A stretch of 64,000 bases of DNA from Macrostomum lignano (lineage: Eukaryota), in assembly GCA_002269645.1 (NCBI GenBank), contig NIVC01001100.1:124001-188000 (forward strand). Reading direction: 5' to 3'. Of the stretch, positions 50,826-60,645 are shown one piece after another. The notes under the pieces are model-generated. The model was not told the origin of the DNA. It worked only from the letters and a program-made list of their open reading frames with translations, and made no database searches. Within the stretch, counting starts at the first letter, position 1. Each line of letters starts with the position of its first letter. A program made the position numbers and the translations under genes.

Positions 50826-53800
50826 GTGACCCTTGATCGCCTCTCAATGACGGCTGTGGCGACGGCGCATCAGCAGGAGATTGATCAGTGGCTGCAGGAC
50901 AACCGAGATGACGTGAAGTCAGCTGCCATCGGCTGCACTCAGCAGGCGCTGCTGTTTCAGCAAACCAAGCAGGCGGTCCTGCTGGAGGAGATCCAAGCGC
51001 TTGAGAGCCAGCTTGATGAGTCCAACAAGTCCGCGGCAGCGTCCCTCACCAAGCTGAAGGCAATGGAGAGTCAGATTGGCGTGAACCAGCAGGCGCTGAA
51101 TTACCTCCAGCAGGTGACGTCGCTTGAGACGGCAGTTATGTCAGCCGGTCAGCAAGTGATGGAGAAGGCACTGCAGATGTCCAAAGTGACCGATGGAGTC
51201 GTCCTGGAAGCTAAGAAGGTGAGAAAAGAACTCAACCTTATTGAAAATCTGTGCGAATACAATTGACCAAAGAAATCTACATACGAGCCTCGTATGTCAA
51301 TTTCTAAGCTGCAAGGGAGTAGGCTAATAAGATTGGGGTGAATTTATGAGTATGCCATGCGTATGAAGGTCCGATGTTACGGTGGGCGGCAACCTTGCTT
51401 GTGATCTGGGTGTATGAGTTTATCAAACTCAGGCGTCGACAAAATCTACATCCAGAGACAGATGAGAGAGGAGAGAGAATTAAGAAGAGAGAATAGTTGA
51501 GAGAGTAGAGAGGAGAGAGGAGAGAGAAGATTAGATGAGAGGTAGGATCAGAAAGTCTAGAAAACAATTTAATGTCCTATTTCAATCCAAAATCTTGACG
51601 GCTCTCTAGAAGCTACTGGTAGAACAAGACAGCTGATGAAGCAAGAAACGGGTAAAGCCATATACTACGCTACTCGTAGTTAGAAAATCGAATTGGCGAA
51701 TATTTCCTCCCAGGAGCTGTCGGCCGAGGTCCACGGCACCTGGAGCTGGGTGAGCCAGCTGGCCGACCTGAACCGGCTCCACACCCGCAACGCCGCGGAC
51801 TACCAGACCTTCCACCACAGCGCCTACGAGCTCAACGCCATGCTTAACAGCCGAGCCAGCAGCAGCAGCGCCGCCATTGCCGCCATTCCCGCCAACGGGA
51901 TGCTGGGCTCCATCAAGCGCATAAACACCGTGCTCACTGTAAGTAACCTCTTTTCAGTTTCAATATGGGCTTGAAATACTCAAACCGCACACTTCAAAAG
52001 TAAAAGCCTCCTCGAACCTCTGCAGGACAACTTGGCCCAGTTCAACCGGCTGTGGCAGCTGTCAGTCGACCTGACGCAGCGCAGCCGAGCTGTGGTGCCG
52101 CTGCACCTGCGTTTCAGCACTGACGCCATCCCGTTCGCGGGCAAGAACGTGTTCAAGTTCGATGACGGCGAGGTAAGTGCCAACTGTATTGCAGAGTTAA
52201 TTACATATTTGATGGCGCTCGCCCCATCATATTCGGACACCTGCGAGTGGAAGTTGCGCCTGAAAACCTCTGCACACTACTGACTGAGTAGTGCCGAGAG
52301 AAAATGAAATGAAAATGAAAAACGGCAAAGCAATTAGCATACCCACAATAAAAATGATGGGTGTCTACACGTACTCCTAGAATGCGGGACTGGTCCTGGG
52401 CTATCGCAAGGTTGTTTTACTTCCTCCTAGCCTTGCGTTACTTTTTCTCCTAATTGGAAACCAAGCACTTTTGAGTGGCGCATTTGCCAGTATTTCAAAT
52501 ATTTGCACACAAAAATCTGCTGTCTTCCGTACGATCGTATGGCCTCTCACTCCCCACAGACGGTCCTGGAGCCGGGAGAGCAGGTGACTGTCATCGACAA
52601 CTCCCAGTCCCACACGTGGACGGTGAGGCGCTCGGATGGAAGCGAGGTCGAAGTGCCCAGCACCTGTATCTGGCTTCCGCCGGCCGATCCGCAGGCAGTG
52701 CAGCTCGCTATCGGGTTTGTGGGAATCTTATTATAAAAATACTTCTTTATTGCTCACTCCTTGTCTTGAGCGCATGAAGTCTTAAAAGTGCTTTGATAAT
52801 TAAAAAAAGATTAGGCATTTAGAAAAGCAGTAGTTTTGCATTTAAGAACTGAAAAGCGAACTCGTTGCGGTTTTTAGGCTGAGAAGAAAGCTGCTGAACA
52901 CCTGGTCACAAGTTCTGAACAGTCTGCGACAGTGGATCGCCGAGTTCTTTGATTCCTACTTGACCCAGATGCTCAAGAGCCCTGTGGTGAGTGCTTTTTG
53001 ATCATTCGAGTGAAAATTTTCTGATCATAATAACCATACCGTTACACCTAAAAACAAAAGCCAGCTTTAGCGTGTAGTTAATATATAGGATAGCAGTTTG
53101 CGACGTTTGCAAAGTGCTTTCGGAGTGGAGATACTGAACGATCTGTGTTCGCTTTTATTGCAATCGAAACTCGCGACGAAATCGACTGCTTTGGGCGCGG
53201 TGGGCACTCTTGAGTTCTCAAAGAGCCAGGCGCAACAGTCAAGCTGTATCGGTGCACGTCTTAAAACAAAATTGTGCTATTCTTTGAACATTTATTCGTG
53301 CAGACAGATTCTTTATTGCATTTTGGTATTTCTTTCTATATAATACCAAATATGAAAAGTGATACATAGAATGGCTTTATTTCAAGTTGAAACATTAGTT
53401 TTTAGCGACTTTTATAATAGCATCCAAGGATTCTCCACCTCAGCTTATACATACGCCACTTGCATATAAATATACTTATGTATAGACATGCTTTTTATAG
53501 TACTCGTAAAAGTACAATTTTCAAATCTACTCATTGCCGTCTACAGGGGGTAGCCAAAAAAATCAAGGACGCTGTGACTGAATTTCTTAATTCGCTGCGT
53601 CAGTCGAGCCAAACATTCCTGGGCGTTGACGATCAGTTTACGGATCGCATTGTCAAATCCATCGATAAAGTGCTTGAAAAGATGACAATCTGCGGTGAGA
53701 ATCTGATTCAAAAATACCTTATTAATACCAGAATACTTTTCTGTAAACCAACTAATTCGATACAAGTTTTAGTGAAGAAATGTAACCGTAAATGCAGAAG

Positions 53801-56800
53801 TAAAGTACTTTGATGCTTATTAATGTCCCATGAACGAATTTTTTGTTTACTTTAGAAGGTCCAACGGCATCCCTAGTGGACAGAGAACTAATAATTCTAA
53901 AGGCCTGTCTAGCCAAGCTACAGGAGCACCTGAACGAATGGCGTCATTGCTCAAATGAAGCTACAGAAGCTGAGACCGAGCTGCAAGGCCGGACCGCTTT
54001 ATCGAAGGAGTCTTCTGAAGTTCTGGTGCGCATCGAACTGCTTTCGTAAGTCGGACGGACCATTTTGATTTGCTGGAATTTATCTTGTTAGGCGTGGCGT
54101 GCGTTCTGACACCTCCCACCTCTGAAGGCCACTTGTGGTCGGCGTGAGGTGCAAATTTTTGTTGTTCTTGTTAGACTTTTGTAATCACACGTGATTAAAA
54201 TACATGTAGTCTAAAGGGACTGCACTTTAATTTCTCTTTTCACAAGCAGACAGCTGCAAGAAGAGTCCCAGTCTAAGTTTGAGGAGCTACAGCGTTCGAT
54301 GCAGAACTGGAGACTGCAGGACGTCAAGTCCAACTTCACGGCCAACCAAGTGCGTCATAAAAGTTTGCACTAGTTGTTAAATGGCAGCATTTATTATTTA
54401 ATTTCTCTTTTTAATTAGTCATTATAAAAATTTCCCTACTCCTGTAAACATCGCAGAGAGCACCGCAACCGCTGTTCTACGATATATCTTCGCTCTCAAT
54501 CATGCACAGCGTCACAGGAAGACCTGCCGTGTCAACGCGAACTCTTAATGTTCCAGACACATCTGAGACAGACGAGCAATACAATAAAAGATCAGAAGAA
54601 AAAGTTACTGCTGAACTAACGGTGAAAAAATACAATATTGACACTTCGTCTTCGGAATTCCGTGCACTGGTACAGAAGTACGTCGAAGAGAACAAGTCGG
54701 ATTTCGCAGCGATCTTTCGCACCTGGAGTGAGTTCAAGGAGCAAGTGCGTCTGTACGTCGAGGAGCACACGTCAGAGTTCTTGAACGTTTTCACCAAGTG
54801 GAGTGGCTTCGATGATTATGTTCGAAAATATGTGCAGCAGAACCAAGAAAAGTTCATCACAGTGCCTGCCGTCAAGACTAAGGAGATAGACACTTCATCT
54901 TCGGAATTCCGTGCACTGGTGCAGAAATACGTCGAAAAGAACAAGACCGAGTTTATCGCCTTATTCGTTACCTGGAGTGAGTTCGAAGAACAAGTGCGTC
55001 GCTACGTCGAAGAGAACACATCGAAGTTCTCTAGCATCTTTTTTTCGTGGAGCGGATTCGAAAGAAAAGTCAAGCAGTACGTGGTGAAGAATGAAGAGAA
55101 GTTTGCTACGCTTCTTCCCGTCAAGACCAAAGAGATAGACACTTCGTCTTCGGAATTCCGTGCACTGGTACAGAAGTACGTCGAAGAGAACAAGTCGGAT
55201 TTCGCAGCGATCTTTAGCACCTGGAGTGAGTTCAAAGAGCAAGTGCGTCTGTACGTCGAGGAGCACACGTCAGAGTTCTCGAACGTTTTCACCAAGTGGA
55301 GTGGCTTCGATGATTACGTTCGAAAATATGTGCAGCAGAACCAAGAAAAGTTCATCACAGTGCCTGCCGTCAAGACCAAAGAGATAGACACTTCGTCTTC
55401 GGAATTCCGTGCACTGGTACAGAAGTACGTCGAAGAGCACAAGACCGAGTTTACCGCCATGTTTGTTACTTGGAGTGAGTTCGAGGAGCAAGTGCGTCGC
55501 TACGTCGAAGAGAACACATCGAAGTTCTCTAGCATCTTCTTTTCGTGGAGTGGATTCGAAAGCAAAGTCAAGCAATACGTGGTGAAGAATGAAGACAAGT
55601 TTGCTACGCTTCTTCCCGTCAAGACCAAAGAGATAGACACTTCGTCTTCGGAATTCCTTGCACTGGTACAGAAGTACGTCGAAGAGAACAAGTCGGATTT
55701 CGCAGCGATCTTTAGCACCTGGAGTGAGTTCAAAGAGCAAGTGCGTCTGTACGTCGAGGAGCACACGTCAGAGTTCTCGAACGTTTTCACCAAGTGGAGT
55801 GGCTTCGATGATTACGTTCGAAAATATGTGCAGCAGAACCAAGAAAAGTTCATCACAGTGCCTGCCGTCAAGACCAAAGAGATAGACACTTCGTCTTCGG
55901 AATTCCGTGCACTGGTACAGAAGTACGTCGAAGAGCACAAGACCGAGTTTACCGCCATGTTCGTTACTTGGAGTGAGTTCGAAGAACAAGTGCGACGCTA
56001 CGTCGAAGAGAACACATCGAAGTTCTCTAGCATATTTTTTTCGTGGAGTGGATTCGATGAAAAAGTGCGTTGGTATGTCGAAAGCCATGTGTCTAAGTTT
56101 AGTGATATCTTCGTTAATTGGACCGGTTTTGAAGCAAAAGTTCAACAGTACGTGATGCAAAATGAAGAAAAGTTTAAAATATTGTTTGATGTTAAAAGCA
56201 CTGAGCCTGATCTTTCATCACCAGAATATCGGGAATTGGTTTTAAAGTACATTCAAGAAAACATGTCCGAGCTTTTTATCATTTTTACAACCTGGAGTGG
56301 TTTTACGGCTCAAATCCGTCGCTATGTTCAGCAGCACGAAGACGATTTTATTAAGCTGCTAGGCTGCGTTCGCGAATCAAAAAGTTCAATCCACACAGGC
56401 GAATCGCTTAAAATATCGGATACAGTGAAGACGACCGAAAGCAGCGAGTACAAGTCGTTCGGATCTCGAACGGAGACGGCTCCTGTCGGTGTTCAGGGCA
56501 TTGTATCGGAAGCTACTGGGTCACGCGCCGTTAACATCGGCGGATCGGACGGAGAGATGCTAGACTTATCCGGATCGAGAACTAGCCGATATTCCGCCTT
56601 CCCAGGAGAGTCGTATGGAACGTCGGATACAGTGAAGACGACCGAAAGCAGCGAGTACACATCGTTCGGATCTCGAACGGAGACGGCTCCTGTCGGTGTT
56701 CAGGGCATTGTATCGGAAGCTACTGGGTCACGCGCCGTTAACATCGGCGGATCGGACGGAGAGATGCTAGACTTATCCGGATCGAGAACTAGCCGATATT

Positions 56801-59800
56801 CAGCCTTCCCAGGAGAGTCGTATGGAACGTCGGATACAGTGAAGACGACCGAAAGCAGCGAGTACAAGTCGTTCGGATCTCGAACGGAGACGGCTCCTGT
56901 CGGTGTTCAGGGCATTGTATCGGGAGCTACTGGATCACGCGCCGTTAACATCGGCGGATCGGACGGAGAGATGCTAGACTTATCCGGATCGAGAACTAGC
57001 CGATATTCAGCCTTCCCAGGAGAGTCATATGAAACGTCGGATACAGTGAAGACGACCGAAAGCAGCGAGTACAAGTCGTTCGGATCTCGAACGGAGACGG
57101 CTCCTGTCGGTGTTCAGGGCATTGTATCGGAAGCTACTGGGTCACGCGCCGTTAACATCGGCGGATCGGACGGAGAGATGCTAGACTTATCCGGATCGAG
57201 AACTAGCCGATATTCAGCCTTCCCAGGAGAGTCGTATGGAATATCGGATACAGTGAAGACGACCGAAAGCAGCGAGTACAAGTCGTTCGGATCTCGAACG
57301 GAGACGGCTCCTGTCGGTGTTCAGGGCATTGTATCGGGAGCTACTGGGTCACGCGCCGTTAACATCGGCGGATCGGACGGAGAGATGCTAGACTTATCCG
57401 GATCGAGAACTAGCCGATATTCAGCCTTCCCAGGAGAGTCGTATGGAACGTCGGATACAGTGAAGACGACCGAAAGCAGCGAGTACAAGTCGTTCGGATC
57501 TCGAACGGAGACGGCTCCTGTCGGTGTTCAGGGCATTGTATCGGGAGCTACTGGGTCACGCGCCGTTAACATCGGCGGATCGGACGGAGAGATGCTAGAC
57601 TTATCCGGATCGAGAACTAGTCGATATTCAGCCTTCCCAGGAGAGTCATATGAAACGTCGGATACAGTGAAGACGACCGAAAGCAGCGAGTACAAGTCGT
57701 TCGGATCTCGAACGGAGACGGCTCCTGTCGGTGTTCAGGGCATTGTATCGGAAGCTACTGGGTCACGCGCCGTTAACATCGGCGGATCGGACGGAGAGAT
57801 GCTAGACTTATCCGGATCGAGAACTAGCCGATATTCAGCCTTCCCAGGAGAGTCGTATGGAATATCGGATACAGTGAAGACGACCGAAAGCAGCGAGTAC
57901 ATGTCGTTCGGATCTCGAACGGAGACGGCTCCTGTCGGTGTTCAGGGCATTGTATCGGGAGCTACTGGATCACGCGCCGTTAACATCGGCGGATCGGACG
58001 GAGAGATGCTAGACTTATCCGGATCGAGAACTAGCCGATATTCAGCCTTCCCAGGAGAGTCATATGAAACGTCGGATACAGTGAAGACGACCGAAAGCAG
58101 CGAGTACATGTCGTTCGGATCTCGAACGGAGACGGCTCCTGTCGGTGTTCAGGGCATTGTATCGGGAGCTACTGGGTCACGCGCCGTTAACATCGGCGGA
58201 TCGGACGGAGAGATGCTAGACTTATCCGGATCGAGAACTAGCCGATATTCAGCCTTCCCAGGAGAGTCGTATGGAACGTCGGATACAGTGAAGACGACCG
58301 AAAGCAGCGAGTACAAGTCGTTCGGATCTCGAACGGAGACGGCTCCTGTCGGTGTTCAGGGCATTGTATCGGGAGCTACTGGGTCACGCGCCGTTAACAT
58401 CGGCGGATCGGACGGAGAGATGCTAGACTTATCCGGATCGAGAACTAGTCGATATTCAGCCTTCCCAGGAGAGTCATATGAAACGTCGGATACAGTGAAG
58501 ACGACCGAAAGCAGCGAGTACAAGTCGTTCGGATCTCGAACGGAGACGGCTCCTGTCGGTGTTCAGGGCATTGTATCGGAAGCTACTGGGTCACGCGCCG
58601 TTAACATCGGCGGATCGGACGGAGAGATGCTAGACTTATCCGGATCGAGAACTAGCCGATATTCAGCCTTCCCAGGAGAGTCGTATGGAATATCGGATAC
58701 AGTGAAGACGACCGAAAGCAGCGAGTACATGTCGTTCGGATCTCGAACGGAGACGGCTCCTGTCGGTGTTCAGGGCATTGTATCGGAAGCTACTGGGTCA
58801 CGCGCCGTTAACATCGGCGGATCGGACGGAGAGATGCTAGACTTATCCGGATCGAGAACTAGCCGATATTCAGCCTTCCCAGGAGAGTCGTATGGAATAT
58901 CGGATACAGTGAAGACGACCGAAAGCAGCGAGTACATGTCGTTCGGATCTCGAACGGAGACGGCTCCTGTCGGTGTTCAGGGCATTGTATCGGAAGCTAC
59001 TGGATCACGCGCCGTTAACATCGGCGGATCGGACGGAGAGATGCTAGACTTATCCGGATCGAGAACTAGCCGATATTCAGCCTTCCCAGGAGAGTCGTAT
59101 GGAACGTCGGATACAGTGAAGACGACCGAAAGCTACGAGTACAAGTCGTTCGGATCTCGAACGGAGACGGCTCCTGTCGGTGTTCAGGGCATTGTATCGG
59201 AAGCTACTGGGTCACGCGCCGTTAACATCGGCGGATCGGATGGAGAGATGCTAGACCTATCCGGATCAAGAACTAGCCGATATTCCGCCTTCCCAGGAGA
59301 GTCGTATGGAACGTCGGATACAGTGAAGACGACCGAAAGCAGCGAGTACAAGTCGTTCGGATCTCGAACGGAGACGGCTCCTGTCGGTGTTCAGGGCATT
59401 GTATCGGAAGCTACTGGGTCACGCGCCGTTAACATCGGCGGATCGGACGGAGAGATGCTAGACTTATCCGGATCGAGAACTAGCCGATATTCAGCCTTCC
59501 CAGGAGAGTCGTATGGAACGTCGGATACAGTGAAGACGATCGAAAGCAGCGAGTACAAGTCGTTCGGATCTCGAACGGAGACGGCTCCTGTCGGTGTTCA
59601 GGGCATTGTATCGGAAGCTACTGGGTCACGCGCCGTTAACATCGGCGGATCGGACGGTGAGATGCTAGACTTATCCGGATCGAGAACTAGCCGATATTCA
59701 GCCTTCCCAGGAGAGTCGTATGGAACGTCGGATACAGTGAAGACGACCGAAAGCAGCGAGTACAAGTCGTTCGGATCTCGAACGGAGACGGCTCCTGTCG

Positions 59801-60645
59801 GTGTTCAGGGCATTGTATCGGAAGCTACTGGGTCACGCGCCGTTAACATCGGCGGATCGGACGGAGAGATGCTAGACTTATCCGGATCGAGAACTAGCCG
59901 ATATTCAGCCTTCCCAGGAGAGTCGTATGGAATATCGGATACAGTGAAGACGACCGAAAGCAGCGAGTACATGTCGTTCGGATCTCGAACGGAGACGGCT
60001 CCTGTCGGTGTTCAGGGCATTGTATCGGAAGCTACTGGGTCACGCGCCGTTAACATCGGCGGATCGGACGGAGAGATTCTAAACTTATTCGGATCGAGAA
60101 CTAGCCGATATTCAGCCTTCCCAGGAGAGTCGTATGGAATATCGGATACAGTGAAGACGACCGAAAGCAGCGAGTACAAGTCGTTCGGATCTCGAACGGA
60201 GACGGCTCCTGTCGGTGTTCAGGGCATTGTATCGGAAGCTACTGGGTCACGCGCCGTTAACATCGGCGGATCGGACGGAGAGATTCTAAACTTATTCGGA
60301 TCGAGAACTAGCCGATATTCAGCCTTCCCAGGAGAGTCGTATGGAATATCGGATACAGTGAAGACGACCGAAAGCAGCGAGTACAAGTCGTTCGGATCTC
60401 GAACGGAGACGGCTCCTGTCGGTGTTCAGGGCATTGTATCGGAAGCTACTGGGTCACGCGCCGTTAACATCGGCGGATCGGACGGAGAGATGCTAGACTT
60501 ATCCGGATCGAGAACTAGCCGATATTCAGCCTTCCCAGGAGAGTCGTTTGGAACATCAGGTGCCGTCACCCACTTCAGTGAAAGTGACAGTGCTAGTCCT
60601 CTATTCTCATTCACGGGTGGCCGCATGCGAAATATTGTAGACTAG
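50826..60645 (+). CDS. Plakin-domain protein (spectrin repeats + plakin SH3) with a giant repetitive terminal exon; exons 50826-51218, 51714-51938, 52026-52172, 52560-52714, 52878-52986, 53547-53694, 53856-54045, 54247-54349, 54457-60645 (about 2545 aa from ATG 50847)
   Basis: VHGTWSWVSQL..NAADYQTFHH, RSRAVVPLHLR and VLEPGEQVTVIDNSQSHTWTVRRSDGSEVEVPSTCIWLPPADPQAVQLA match the plakin spectrin-repeat/SH3 region of desmoplakin, dystonin and MACF1. All eight junctions are GT-AG with matching phases and lead in frame into the 2047-aa ORF. The 5' end is uncertain (acceptor at 50825; first in-frame ATG at 50847). Confidence 0.8.
54457..60645 (+). CDS. Giant exon of the plakin-like gene (2062 codons): 83-aa aromatic repeats followed by 20 x 69-aa S/T/G-rich repeats
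   Basis: Uninterrupted 6.2-kb ORF. Acceptor CATCGCAG|A at 54456 is in phase with the upstream exon. All repeat units are multiples of 3 (249, 498 and 207 nt). Confidence 0.85.
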   Translation, partial: RAPQPLFYDISSLSIMHSVTGRPAVSTRTLNVPDTSETDEQYNKRSEEKVTAELTVKKYNIDTSSSEFRALVQKYVEENKSDFAAIFRTWSEFKEQVRLYVEEHTSEFLNVFTKWSGFDDYVRKYVQQNQEKFITVPAVKTKEIDTSSSEFRALVQKYVEKNKTEFIALFVTWSEFEEQVRRYVEENTSKFSSIFFSWSGFERKVKQYVVKNEEKFATLLPVKTKEIDTSSSEFRALVQKYVEENKSDFAAIFSTWSEFKEQVRLYVEEHTSEFSNVFTKWSGFDDYVRKYVQQNQEKFITVPAVKTKEIDTSSSEFRALVQKYVEEHKTEFTAMFVTWSEFEEQVRRYVEENTSKFSSIFFSWSGFESKVKQYVVKNEDKFATLLPVKTKEIDTSSSEFLALVQKYVEENKSDFAAIFSTWSEFKEQVRLYVEEHTSEFSNVFTKWSGFDDYVRKYVQQNQEKFITVPAVKTKEIDTSSSEFRALVQKYVEEHKTEFTAMFVTWSEFEEQVRRYVEENTSKFSSIFFSWSGFDEKVRWYVESHVSKFSDIFVNWTGFEAKVQQYVMQNEEKFKILFDVKSTEPDLSSPEYRELVLKYIQENMSELFIIFTTWSGFTAQIRRYVQQHEDDFIKLLGCVRESKSSIHTGESLKISDTVKTTESSEYKSFGSRTETAPVGVQGIVSEATGSRAVNIGGSDGEMLDLSGSRTSRYSAFPGESYGTSDTVKTTESSEYTSFGSRTETAPVGVQGIVSEATGSRAVNIGGSDGEMLDLSGSRTSRYSAFPGESYGTSDTVKTTESSEYKSFGSRTETAPVGVQGIVSGATGSRAVNIGGSDGEMLDLSGSRTSRYSAFPGESYETSDTVKTTESSEYKSFGSRTETAPVGVQGIVSEATGSRAVNIGGSDGEMLDLSGSRTSRYSAFPGESYGISDTVKTTESSEYKSFGSRTETAPVGVQGIVSGATGSRAVNIGGSDGEMLDLSGSRTSRYSAFPGESYGTSDTVKTTESSEYKSFGSRTETAPVGVQGIVSGATGSRAVNIGGSDGEMLDLSGSRTSRYSAFPGESYETSDTVKTTESSEYKSFGSRTETAPVGVQGIVSEATGSRAVNIGGSDGEMLDLSGSRTSRYSAFPGESYGISDTVKTTESSEYMSFGSRTETAPVGVQGIVSGATGSRAVNIGGSDGEMLDLSGSRTSRYSAFPGESYETSDTVKTTESSEYMSFGSRTETAPVGVQGIVSGATGSRAVNIGGSDGEMLDLSGSRTSRYSAFPGESYGTSDTVKTTESSEYKSFGSRTETAPVGVQGIVSGATGSRAVNIGGSDGEMLDLSGSRTSRYSAFPGESYETSDTVKTTESSEYKSFGSRTETAPVGVQGIVSEATGSRAVNIGGSDGEMLDLSGSRTSRYSAFPGESYGISDTVKTTESSEYMSFGSRTETAPVGVQGIVSEATGSRAVNIGGSDGEMLDLSGSRTSRYSAFPGESYGISDTVKTTESSEYMSFGSRTETAPVGVQGIVSEATGSRAVNIGGSDGEMLDLSGSRTSRYSAFPGESYGTSDTVKTTESYEYKSFGSRTETAPVGVQGIVSEATGSRAVNIGGSDGEMLDLSGSRTSRYSAFPGESYGTSDTVKTTESSEYKSFGSRTETAPVGVQGIVSEATGSRAVNIGGSDGEMLDLSGSRTSRYSAFPGESYGTSDTVKTIESSEYKSFGSRTETAPVGVQGIVSEATGSRAVNIGGSDGEMLDLSGSRTSRYSAFPGESYGTSDTVKTTESSEYKSFGSRTETAPVGVQGIVSEATGSRAVNIGGSDGEMLDLSGSRTSRYSAFPGESYGISDTVKTTESSEYMSFGSRTETAPVGVQGIVSEATGSRAVNIGGSDGEILNLFGSRTSRYSAFPGESYGISDTVKTTESSEYKSFGSRTETAPVGVQGIVSEATGSRAVNIGGSDGEILNLFGSRTSRYSAFPGESYGISDTVKTTESSEYKSFGSRTETAPVGVQGIVSEATGSRAVNIGGSDGEMLDLSGSRTSRYSAFPGESFGTSGAVTHFSESDSASPLFSFTGGRMRNIVD
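54638..56380 (+). repeat. Coding tandem repeat, 249-nt (83-aa) units alternating A/B (498-nt higher order), about 7 units
   Basis: EIDTSSSEFRALVQKYVEE recurs near 54638, 54887, 55136, 55385, 55634 and 55883, with a variant near 56207. Confidence 0.9.
56416..60555 (+). repeat. Coding tandem repeat, 207-nt (69-aa) unit x 20
   Basis: tcggatacagtgaagacga recurs every 207 nt from 56416 to 60349; unit SDTVKTTESSEYKSFGSRTETAPVGVQGIVSEATGSRAVNIGGSDGEMLDLSGSRTSRYSAFPGESYGT. Confidence 0.95.

Noticed and set aside
51610-51651. Extra plakin exon (ctctag|aagcta..acgg|gtaaag)
   Set aside because: In phase 0 it hits TGA after 8 codons; the 51218-51714 join is already in frame.
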